This document shows positions 52,890 to 64,000 of a stretch of DNA of 64,000 bases, piece by piece. A model generated the notes under the pieces. That model saw only the letters and a program-made list of their open reading frames with translations, was not told where the DNA came from and did no database searches. Location of the stretch: NCBI GenBank assembly GCA_038087875.1, contig CM075989.1, positions 7,814,001-7,878,000 of the forward strand, written 5' to 3'. The stretch is from Malacoraja senta. Lineage: Eukaryota. Numbering within the stretch: position 1 is the stretch's first letter; each line of letters starts with the position of its first letter. A program made the position numbers and the translations under genes.

Positions 52890-54795
52890 CTAGGAGGCAA
52901 CAAGGGAACCATTTACAAACCTGCACAAACACTACATGCTTAGCAACAGTTATCAGCATTAGCAACCACCAAACAACCAAAGACAAAGCTATCGGAGAAA
53001 ACAAAACAGATCTTTGGGGACACTTCCCACAGGAACTGCAATGTCAGGTAATTGGTATCCAATTCTCTAATGTCATTTATTTCTTGTTCCTTATCCACTT
53101 TATGCGAATCCCACGAGTATAGTCTATCACTATTCTCCCAAATGTGGTCATTTGTTTTTTTGTTTATTAAACGAATGCCGTATTAAATACGAGCATTGAT
53201 CCACTAATGATACCAAGTGTTGACAGCTAATGGACCAACCCAAGTTAATCCCGCAGAGTTACCCCCTGGGAGATTACTGGAAACTGGGTAAAGCACGTTC
53301 CCCGGTGTAGTTTTACATTTGTATGCACCTCTGCCATCTTCCTTGTCAAATATTCTTGTTAATACAACACACAAACAAAAGCAGAAGTGGACTGGGTGCA
53401 AGTTTACAGAACAAAATATACTCTAGGCTGTAGAACCACAGAACTGCAGAAACTCAGTGGGTAGGGCAGCATCTCTGGAGAACATGGATAGGTGACCTTC
53501 GGGTTGGGACCCTTCATCAGAGTAATTGGGGAGGGGGGGGGAAGGAGGTGGGAGAGAGGAGAGGCAGGACATAGCATGGCAGATGATAGGTGGATACAGA
53601 TGAGGGGGGGGGGGGTTTAGATAGGCTTAGTTGTCTTCTGATTTCTCTCAGCCAGTGACTCCGTTATTGTCCAAGGAGCTAGTGCATTATTAACCTGTTC
53701 AGGAGGTGGCAGCACAGACCAGGGAGTGGCCGCTGGATCTTCCCAGCTGAGCGTGTGGAGTGTGCACAAGTGTAGAGCTGGATCCACTTTCTTCAATAAA
53801 GTCAAAACACAAAGCCAAAACCCCAAAAAAGGGTCAAAGATTCTGCCCACGATCGGTTTCAGTTTATCCCCACAAATGTTAGCACCTGGCCTTATGTCGC
53901 CAGTTTGAGCTCCCTCTGATGAAGGCATTTCCTTCGCCTCACCCGACAAGTTCTTATCCGACTTCTAAAGTCCTTCCATAAGCTAGGGTACACTCCCCGT
54001 TGACCTAACCCCCTCATTTCTTTCTTGATTAGTAAGGGCGTCAAATGTTACGGGCAGAAGGCAGGGGAATGGGGTTGAGAGAGAAAAGTAGATCAGCCAT
54101 GATTGAATAGCAGAGCAAACGATGGGCAAAATGGCTAAATTGTGCTCCTATGCCTTATTGCAGACGTTGGACTTTTCCTCTGGAACTGTTACGCTGTAAT
54201 GCTGAGATGTCCACAATTCAAGAAACAGGCAGATTTGTTTGTGAATTGGCTTCTGTAAATTGCCCCAAATGTGTAGGATGCAAAACTGATATAACATATA
54301 ATGGTCAGCGCAGACTCGATAGGCTGCTGTTTCCACGCTGTATCTCTAAACTAAAGTGCTTTGTGACTTTCAAACTATATTCTGCACTCTGTATCACAAG
54401 TTCATAAATGATAGGAGTAGAATTAGGCCATTCAGCCCATCAAGTTTATCTAGTCATTCAATCATAGCTGATCTATCTTTCCTTCTTAACCCCAATCTCC
54501 TGCCTTCTCCCCATAACCTCGGACACACGTACTATTCATGAATCTATCTATCTCTGCCTTAAAAAATATCCATTGACAGTCTCCGTAGCCTGGGGCAATA
54601 AATCCACAGATTCCCCACCCTCCGACTAAAGAAATTCCTCCTCATCTCCTTCCGAAAGGAACGTCCTTTAATTCAGAGGCTATTGCCTCTGGATCTAGAC
54701 TATCCCACTAGTGCCAACATCTTCTCCACACCCACTCGATCGAGGCATTTCACTATTCGGTAAGTTTCAATGGGGTATCAATGAGAAGTATCTTT

Positions 54796-54975
54796 AAGGT
54801 AGACACAAAATGCTGGAGTAACTCAGCAGACAGGCAGCATTCAGTCTGAAGGGTCTTGACCCGAAACGTCACCCATTCCTTCTCTCCAGAGATGCTGCCT
54901 GTCCCGCTGAGTTACTCCAGCATTTTGTGTCTACCTTCAATTTAAACCAGCATCTGAAGTTCTTTCCTCCACATG
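54796..54975. mobile_element. Palindromic Penelope-derived mini-insertion
   Basis: Antisense + sense PLE 3' repeat; 11-bp TSD GAAGTATCTTT (54785-54795, 54976-54986). Confidence 0.8.
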
Positions 54976-55141
54976 GAAGTATCTTTCTCTTCACTCTGCT
55001 GATTTATGTGTAGTATTACACTACGCAAGCAAACAAAAGTTTTTCACTGTAACTCCGTACATGGGACAATAATAAACTTCAACCAAAACCAGGAATCTCA
55101 GCGGCAGAATAACCGGAATGTAGAGAGAAAATGACACTTAC

Positions 55142-55177
55142 CACACATACCACAGGTGGGTCCAATGCAAGCGGCAA
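55142..55177 (-). CDS. TMEM52: TMEM52, short internal exon (CRLHWTHLWYVW)
   Basis: Minus-strand acceptor tctttgtccacag and donor TG|gtaagt. The W-x-x-L-W-Y-V-W motif precedes the TM helix in TMEM52-family proteins. Confidence 0.85.
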
Positions 55178-55728
55178 CTGTGGACAAAGACAATGATCCC
55201 GATCATTCTCATTGTATTCATGAGAGAGTTAGATATAGCTCTTAGGGCTAACGGATTCAAGGGATATGGGGAGAAAGCAGGAGTGGGGTACTGATTTTGG
55301 ATGATTAGCCATATTGAATGGCGGTGCTGGCTCAAAGGGCCAAATGGCCTACTCCTGCACCCATTTTGTACGTTTCGGATTCGTCATCAGCCGAAAGTTG
55401 AACCCTATCTCTCTGCTGGGGGCTCCCACCCTTTTATGCTTTTATTTAACATTTGCTATTTCTGCTGACTGGATATAACACAACAAAAGCTTTTTACTGT
55501 ACCTCCATGCACTTGTCAATGATAAACTAAACTACTTCATCACTTTTCAGACTTTCAGTACTTGGTCAGAAACTCAGAAGTCAGTTGCAGAGTTGGATAC
55601 CCTAGACCCAACATGTGCAAAGAAAGCTGCCACAGACAGATCCGGGGGCCGCTTGCCCCAGGCAACCCAGGGGAGTGGGGTTACAGCTGTGAGGAGTGTG
55701 GGTATGAAGGGGAGAGAGTGTGGTAAGA

Positions 55729-56065
55729 GAGGAGGGGGGTGGGGGGGTGGAGAGGGAGAGGGGGGGTGGAGAGGGAGAGGGGGGGTGGAGAGGGAGAGGG
55801 GGGGGGTGGAGAGGGAGAGGGGGGGTGGAGAGGGAGAGGGGGGGTGGAGAGGGAGAGGGGGGTGGAGAGGGAGGGGGGGGTGGAGAGGGAGGGGGGGGTG
55901 GAGAGGGAGGGGGGGTGGAGAGGGAGGGGGGGGTGGAGAGGGAGGGGGGGGTGGAGAGGGAGAAGGGGGGTGGAGAGGGAGAAGGGGGGTGGAGAGGGAG
56001 AAGGGGGGGGGAGAGGGAGAGGGGGGTGGAGAGGGAGAGGGGGGGTGGAGAGGGAGCGGAGGGGA
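55729..56065. repeat. G-rich minisatellite, unit approximately GGAGAGGGAGAGGGGGGT
   Basis: Directly visible tandem purine/G-run repeat ending just before the assembly gap. Confidence 0.95.
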
Positions 56066-56079
56066 TGGGGAGGAGTAGA

Positions 56080-56279
56080 NNNNNNNNNNNNNNNNNNNNN
56101 NNNNNNNNNNNNNNNNNNNNNNNNNNNNNNNNNNNNNNNNNNNNNNNNNNNNNNNNNNNNNNNNNNNNNNNNNNNNNNNNNNNNNNNNNNNNNNNNNNNN
56201 NNNNNNNNNNNNNNNNNNNNNNNNNNNNNNNNNNNNNNNNNNNNNNNNNNNNNNNNNNNNNNNNNNNNNNNNNNNNNNN
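56080..56279. other. Assembly gap (200 N)
   Basis: Run of N. Confidence 1.
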
Positions 56280-59229
56280 GTGTAGCTCGTGACACATGCT
56301 GGCCACCATCACATGGGACACGTGTAGACCCAAGACAGTGAGCACCAACTTCGCCGCTGTTTAACCACAGGAATGCGGGCCAGCTTCATTGTGTGGCTTC
56401 CCCAGCGGCTTTCATGCCCAACTAGTGCCTCAGAACATGTTCAGTGCCCTGACAACTCTGAACTAACACTTCACCCACTACTCCCACTGCTGCACTCCCA
56501 AAGACCAAGATATGCACATTACTCTTGGATTCCACTGCAATAATGCGCACTATAATGTCTCAGAAGGCAGTGGAGGCCAATTCTCTGGATGCTTTCAAGA
56601 GATAGTTAGATAGCGGAGATAGCGGAGATAAAGGATATGGGGAGAAGGCAGGAACGGGGTACTGATTGTGGATGATCAGCCATGATCACAGTGAATGGCG
56701 GAGCTGGCTCGAAGGGCCGAATGGCCTACTCCTGCACCTATTGTCTATTGTGTATAAAGGCAGCTTCCTCAGTGGCTTTCATAAGATACAATACGATAGA
56801 ACTTTATTTATCCCAGGAGGGAAAGTGATCTGTCAACTGTCATAAAAAACACAAAATACATGAAACATGAAATTAAAGAGACAAATGAAATGGATTGGGG
56901 ATGTGTAAAGTTTGGGGAGGGGGGGAGTCCATCTCAGTCTCAGTCTACCCCATGACAGAAAGGGGAGGAGTTGTACGGTTTGATAGCCACAGGGATGAGC
57001 CTCAGAACATGTTCTGTGCCCCAACAACTCTGAATTAACACTACTCCCACTGCTGCACTCTCTATAGAGACCAATGCACGCACATTACTCTTGGATTTCA
57101 CTGCAATAATGCAAACTATAAAGGCAGCTGTGTTTGAATGGATCTATGTGCCGGATGTAGAGGACAATGCAAGCCTCTGTTGTACCGTGCTGTAGTACAC
57201 GTGACTGAGGTTGGCTTCTTACCCCCAAGTCTTTAATCGCAGTTTTTTTTGCAACTCTCTCGAACCATACTTTGTTTCTTTATCCTTCCATCGTCTCCTA
57301 TTTCCTGCTCACCGGCTTCCTCTCCCCCTGCAGCGCGCTCTCCCTGACAGAAGGGGCACTTGATAAATGTTGCCACGCCGCTCTTAACGATTTACTGCAT
57401 GTTGAGAAAATTTGAGCCAAGGCAAATCGCCGCTCGAAGGTCCCCCAAAGGGAAGGGAATACGTATTTTACTTAACAAATGCCAAGTGTCCACTGCCTCT
57501 ACTTTTTTTCTATTCAAATTCCCAGCTGGTCTAACAGAGTTTTGGGCAGCACCATAGCACAGCGGTAGAGTTGCTGTCCCACAGCACCAGAGACCTGGGT
57601 TCGATCCTGACTACGGGCACTGAATGTACAGAGTTTGTCATTTCTTCCTGTGACTGTGTGGGTTTCCTCCGGGTGCTCCGGTTTCCTCCCGCACTCCAAA
57701 GACGTACAGGTTTGTAGGGCTAATCGGTTTTGGTAAAAATGTGCAAATTGTCCCGCGTGTGCAGGATAGAGCTAGTGTACGGGGTGGTCGCTGGTCGGCG
57801 TGGACCCGATGGGGCAAAGGGCCTGTTTTTGCGCTGTGTGTAAACCAACATCTGCGGTTCCTTGTTTCTACAATATAAAATGCTGATTAATGGAAGATAT
57901 GGGTTTAGTTTATCACTCACATATACTGCGGTACAGTGAAAAGCGTGCTCTCCAGCCAAAGAATAGACAAAACATGAATACATTCATACGGATAAAGGAT
58001 ACAACATATAGTGAAATTGATGCTTATTCCCGAGGTGCTTGACACTTCGTGCAAGCATTGACTTGAAATGTCAACACTCTCTCCTCTGCTTCTGACCCAC
58101 TTGCTGGGAGTTTCCTAGAATATCTGTTTTTAGTTCAGATTTACAGCATCCATAACATCCTTCTGTCGTAAACTTCCAGGAATGGCTTCCCAGAAATCCC
58201 ACTTGAATACCAGACCCAACTGCTGCCTCTGATTGCCGTACTTCCCGCACGCGAGCGGGCACATTTTTCTAATTAGCGGAGTTATTAACGTGCCCACCCA
58301 AGCTCCCGTCTCAGCAGCCTTCGCTCCAGTACGAGGGGGAAGCCTTAGCAGGAAATCTTTTTTGCTTTTTTTTTTTTTTTTAACACGTTTTGTTGAGCAG
58401 AACACCAACATTCCTGCAAAAAGTTCAACAATCACACAAGTAGGTGAGAGTTCAACGGCTTCTGAGTTACGGAAATGCAGCAGATCAGGGTATCATCTGT
58501 GGATTTGGTGTGACAGCATCAATTTAGGTGCCAGATCCTCGATGTATTGTGCACAGACTAATTCTAGGAATGAGTGGGAAGGCTGACGTGTCAGCTTGTT
58601 GTTTAGTGTGTAACACTGTTTCAAATACAATTGATTTTATATTCTCTCCCCCTTTGCCCGCTGCACCCCCATTTCCATCACTCCTCATTCCCGCCACATC
58701 CCCATTCCTACCACACCCCCCTTCCTGCCACACTCCTGCCCCCCCCCCCCCCCCAACTATCTGTGATCCTTATAAGTGGAAGCTAGAGCATAGAATGGCA
58801 CAGCACCGTTGTAGGACCTTTGGCCCACAATGTCTGTGCAAAACATGATGCCAAGTTAAGCAAATCTCCTCTGGTATGATATGATCCATACCCCTGCATT
58901 CGCTTCATATCCATGTGCCTATTCAAAAGCAGAACAAGCGCAGCTATCGTAGCTGCCTTCACCACTGCCCCAAGCAGCACATCCCATGCACTCATCTTTC
59001 TCTTTGTAAATAAAACTTGTTCTGCACATCTCCTTTAAGCTTTGTGCCTCTGCTGTGTAAGCTAGTCTAGTCTGCGACATTCCCACCCTGCGGAAAAAAG
59101 GTCCTGACTGTGTACAGTTGTGCAAAGCCTAGTCTTGGAGTGAGCGAATTTTTGAAAAACATTATTACTGTGGATAGTGAGAAAGTCAGACAGTGTAAAG
59201 CACCATAGACGGAAAGAGGCGGTGAGGAG

Positions 59230-59542
59230 GGGCAGCACTGGGGCGCAGCGGTAGAGTTGCTGCCTTACAGCGCGTAGACCCGAGTTCGATCCAGACTACG
59301 GGTGCTGTCTGTACGGACTTTATATGTTCTCCCTGTGACCACGCGGGTTTTCTCTGGGTGCTCCAGTTTCCTCCCACACTCCAAAGACGTACAGGTTTGT
59401 ACGTTAATTGGCTTCGATAAAATATTGTAAATTGTTCCTAGTGTGTAGGGTAGTGTTAGTGCACGGGGATCGCTTGTCGTCGTGGACTAGGTGGGCCGAA
59501 GGCCTGTTTCCACGCTGTATCTCTCAACTGAACTAAACTAAA
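59230..59542 (+). mobile_element. HE1-type V-SINE
   Basis: Full-length consensus copy. Further partial copies lie near 12150, 20530, 25850, 30560, 57545, 60790 and 61100. Confidence 0.88.
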
Positions 59543-62500
59543 TTGAGTAATTCTCAAGTAATACTTCACTAGAATTGTGCAAACTGAAGGGTTGTCAAAG
59601 GAAGGAAATGCCAAGGAGGCACTGTTTGAAAAAGAGTACATTTGTGTTCATGACAAATTTTGATTTCAACACATAGAAACATAGAAAATAGGTGCAGGAG
59701 TAGGCCATTCAGCCCTTCGAGCCAGCACCGCCATTCAATATGATCATGGCTGATCATCCAAAATCAGTACCCCGTTCCTGCTTTTCCCCCATATTGCTTA
59801 ATTCCGTTAGCCCAAAGAGCTGTATCTAGCTCTCTCTTGAAAACATCCAGTGAATTGGCCTCCACTGCCTTCTGTGGCAGCGAATTCCACAGATTCACAA
59901 CTCTCTGGGAAAACCCAAAGCAGAAACATTGCAACTTAGAGTGACAAAGATAACCGCAGCATCGAACAAACGGAGGCACCAGAATCAGTTGAACCTGAGA
60001 GAACGTAGGTTTGACAGTGTAAAGCAGGAGGGCTGAAGCACAGGCCACATCTGCGGTGAGAAACAAGAGTCGTGTTTCTGGCCAATGGCCTTTCATCTGG
60101 ACGACTTGTTGACCTGAAATGTTTTGCTCGCCCGACCTGGCACCAATCCCTCAATGGCAAAAGTGTCCTTGAGGTATACAGCACAGAAACAGGCCCTTCA
60201 GCCCAACGCATTAACACCGACCAAGATGCCCCATCTACGCTAGGCCCACGTTTCACCCTCGGAAGTATCCTGTCCAAATGTCTTTTATATGTTGTTATAG
60301 GGCCTGCCTCCACTACCTCCTCTGGCAGCTCGTTCCGTATACCCAACACCCCCCCACCCCGAGTAAAAACATTGCCCCTTAACCAACATCACATAATTTG
60401 GAACCCTCTTTGCTGACTTGGCTAACTAAAAACCACTCAGTGGGCGAAGGGCCTGTTTCCACACTGTGTTTCTAAACTATTGACAGGGACACTTTTTAAA
60501 ATCTGTGTGACACTCTATTTGAAGTCTCCAAGTACTTGAGCCCGATACTGCACTGGATCTTAGTGAGAAGCAAAGAGCAGGTGCTTGAAGTTAACTTTCA
60601 TGCCCTGTGTGTGTCCTGAAATACTCCACATAAACTGAAGTACCTTTGAAAGGCTTTGTAATGGAGGCAATACAGTAGTCAATAGTGCATAGCAAGATCA
60701 TGTGACCAATCATGTAAAAATGTGCCTATTAATTGAGGCACAAACTTAACCATATAATTGGAGTAATTCTCTTGTTCCTCAGTTGAGATTTAGTTCAGTT
60801 TAGAGATACAGCGGGAAACAGGCCTTTCAGCCCACCGAGTCCATGCTGACCATTGATCACTAGTGTACACTGATGTTATGTTGCCCCACTTTCGCATCCT
60901 ACACATTGGGGACAATTTACCGAAGCCAATTAACCTACAAACCTGCATGTCTTTGGAAAGTGGGAGGAATCCAAAGCACCCGGAGAAAACCCAGGTGGTC
61001 ACAGGGAGAATGTACAAACTCCACACTTCCCCTACAAAATGTTACCAGGGAACATTTTGCTGAGAGAGGAGACTGAGCATTAGTTCAATGTCAGATGTTT
61101 AGACTTTAGAGATACAACGCGGAAACCCTTCGCCCACATAGTCCACGCTGACCATGCACTAGCACTATCCAACCCACTAGGAACAATTTACAATTTTTAC
61201 CTAAACCAATTAACCTACGAACCTGTCAGGGGGAGAATGTACAAACTCCCTACAGACAGCACCCGTAGTCAGGATCGAACCCGGGTTCCTGGTGCTTTGA
61301 GGCAGCAACTCTACTGCTGCCCCACTACGCCGCCCTACAAATGGTGCTCTGACAGAGCACCATTCCTCCAGTACTGTACTGGAATATTAGACCAAGAATC
61401 TGTGCACAGACTTCATCGCACAACCTTTATACTGAATTTCCAGAAGAGCCGCAGAAAAAAACATCGAACTACAGATGCCAGAATCTTACATAGAACATTA
61501 AGTGCTGGAATTACTCAACAGCTCAGGCAGTATCTCTGGAGGACATGGATAGTTGAAATTTCAAGTTGGGATCCTTCTTCAGAGTCACAAATACCCAATA
61601 AATATAAGCATCACTATTAAGAAATGAGTCCCTTTCTCTACAGGAGTTGCATGTATAGTTTTCAGAACCATTCATAAAATTAATGAATTCATAAGAGCAC
61701 CAGCACAGCAATAAAACAACATCTTTGATCTCTTGATTTTTAAAGATCCGTTTTGATCATCACGGAAACTGCACCAAATTGGATGTAAGGGATGGAAAAA
61801 AAATTAAAGATTGATTTTAATCTTTACCTTGCATTCATTTTGAATTCATTTGAAAACTGTGGGCAGAATATACACTTGATCTCAAACCTGGATGAAATTT
61901 GACTTGAAAAATTAAGCAACTTGCATCTTCTCAGATCGGCTTGTGGTAACACACAGGAAAATACGTGATCATCCGTGTTCAGGGAGGGCTGAGTAGTGAG
62001 AATATTTCTCTCGGACAGGGAATGACCGTAGCTCCTAGGCTCCAGAGGAGGACTTGGTCAACCACGAAGCTCCGAGCTTACCCAGTGAATTTATTCTCCC
62101 CTGACCTGGGCTGGTGGGACAACCGTGTTATTTAACCCAACATTAAGTAACTTATGTGCTGACACACAGTGGGTGGTAGAAAGAGCTCAATGTTGAGGTG
62201 GTTTTGAGCATAGTAGAGTCATCTGTAGAACAGTAACATAAATTGAGTGAGGAGGGAAAGACTGCGGTATGTGCCAGAATAATTAAGAACAAGATTGATT
62301 GCTTGCCTTTTGAATGACTATGTTTGAAATGCTTGTTTCAATCAAGAAACTGGAGAGGATCTTAAAGGAAACTGGAAAGGATTTAAAAAATCAGTGTGAG
62401 GATATTTTTTAATAAGAAAAACAGGTTTAGGTTCACTGTATCGAGGCACAGCGAAAAGCTTAGTTTTGCAATCAGATCAGATATGCCATGCTTAAATACA

Positions 62501-64000
62501 ATCCACGTACTAATGTTATCCATGTTCTCCAGAGATGCTTCCTGACCTGCTGAGTTATTCCAGCACTTTGTGTCCTTTCAAGTCAAACTCAAGTACAACA
62601 GGTAGAGCAAAGGGGAAGGTACAGAGTGCAGAATATACTTTAGATCTCAACATTGTAGCGCATCAGTTTCAATGTCCGCCATGGGGTAGAAGTGAATTCA
62701 TGTTCATAGATTATAGGAACAGAATTATGCCATTCGGCCCATCAAGTCCACTCCGCCATTCAATCATGGCTGATCTATCTTTTCCTCTCAACCCCATTCT
62801 CCAGCCTTCTCCCCATAACAACTGACACTCGTAGAGCCATAGAGTGATACAGTGTGGAAACAGGCCCTTCGGCCCAAGTTGCCCACACTAGCCAACATGT
62901 CCCAGCGACACCAGTCCCTCCTGCCCGCGTTTGGTTAAAAACTTGTTGAAGATGCTCACTTTGCAACTTAAAACAAAAAGCTTATGTAATGTAAATGTGA
63001 TTTTTTTAACCAGCTTTTGAAAACCACCTTTTCATTTTTTCTGATGAAGGGTCTCTGTCCTGAAACTTTATCTCTCCATAGAGGCTGTCAGACTTGCTGA
63101 GTTTCCAGCCGGAACGTTGTTTCTATGGTTGTAGGAATTCTTAGATTTTTATAACACATTTCTTTATCCTCGGGTACATCGCAAGCTGCTTCTCATATTA
63201 AAATTAAAATGGTTGAACGTGCTGCGATTATTGTTACCTTTGGCAACTGCGGCAACCCATTTGTGTGCGGATACCCCACGCTGGAGTGAAGTGGTCTGGG
63301 TGGTGGTTGCGGGATGTGTTGGCCAGTTTACAAGTCCTTGACTGCCCTTTGCGACTTGTATCATGGCATCTTTACAATGAAGCCAAAGCATTGGAAGCAG
63401 CCTGTAGTTCTGTCACCTTCATGTGTAAAACACAACGATACGCCCTGATCAACACAGCACAAATGTCAGCCTAAATTTGAAATTACTTCCTTTGGGACTG
63501 GCAGATGGATTTCAGCTAGATTGTTACCGTAAAGGAAAAAATTGAGAACATTTAAATAAAAATGCTCTCGAGCACACTTTTTAAAATTCCTGTTTCCGTG
63601 CCAGTGGAAAGTAGACTTGCTATCTTTCAAAATGAAATTGGCCAGGCTGGAGACGAGGGCCTCATTCCCTTCTCTGCTGCAGCGGTGATCAAATCTATCA
63701 CAGACATTTCTGTCTCCGGAGGAGGTGATTTGGTCGATGGTGTCTCTGCTGCTGAGTAGGCTCCCTGGGTAAGGCCCACGTCCCAGCTCACCACATAACA
63801 CATTACAGATTTCAAGTACTCTAACAGGTGGTTCTAAAGCTAACTTTCTCTCCTGTTCTTTCCAAGAGGTGCTTCCCACTGCAGTTGGGGGCGAGAGAAT
63901 ATTTTGTCAGCTCTCCTCTAAACAGTCTTGGCATCAGTGAAAATTGGTAGACTTTAGACCTTCGAGATACAGCGCCGAAACAGGCCCTTCAGCCCACAGA

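Noticed and set aside
55593..56348. Gly/Arg/Glu- and Pro/Ser-rich ORFs
   Set aside because: Artefacts of the G-rich minisatellite and the N gap.
57312..57345. Possible TMEM52 mini-exon (cag|GGAGAGCGCGC...CCG|gtgag)
   Set aside because: Splice-like borders exist, but the peptide (RARCRGRGSR) is not convincingly TMEM52-like and no linked start exon was found.
63164..63900. ORFs of 62-137 aa in unique sequence, possible CFAP74 3' end
   Set aside because: No motif or splice-supported frame recognised; may be UTR or intergenic.

Overview
Repeat-rich vertebrate genomic DNA, with no prokaryotic genes, rRNA/tRNA genes or CRISPR. The repeat set (HE1-type V-SINEs, CR1/HER1 LINE tails, Penelope-like fragments) points to a cartilaginous fish, probably a skate or ray (inference). 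Two spliced genes can be reconstructed by eye. (1) A complete 5-exon calglandulin/CALML6-like EF-hand gene on + (ATG 37483, stop 47184, 156 aa). (2) The last three coding exons of TMEM52 on -, convergent with it; this is the same neighbour pair as human CALML6-TMEM52. I recognised no host exons in 1-37 kb. Mobile DNA includes a ~2.2 kb decayed Vingi/Ingi-type LINE, a 2.1 kb hAT-type non-autonomous element (14-bp TIRs, 8-bp TSD) containing Penelope GIY-YIG fragments, Rex1/Babar and CR1 fragments, and many HE1 SINEs. The most notable unexplained structures are: ~200-bp palindromic Penelope-derived insertions with 11-16 bp TSDs; a hammerhead-ribozyme-like core in the Penelope 3' repeat; a 136-bp inverted repeat bracketing CALML6 exon 2; and several local templated duplications. 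Family names come from motif recognition, not database searches. I cannot claim a proven new system.
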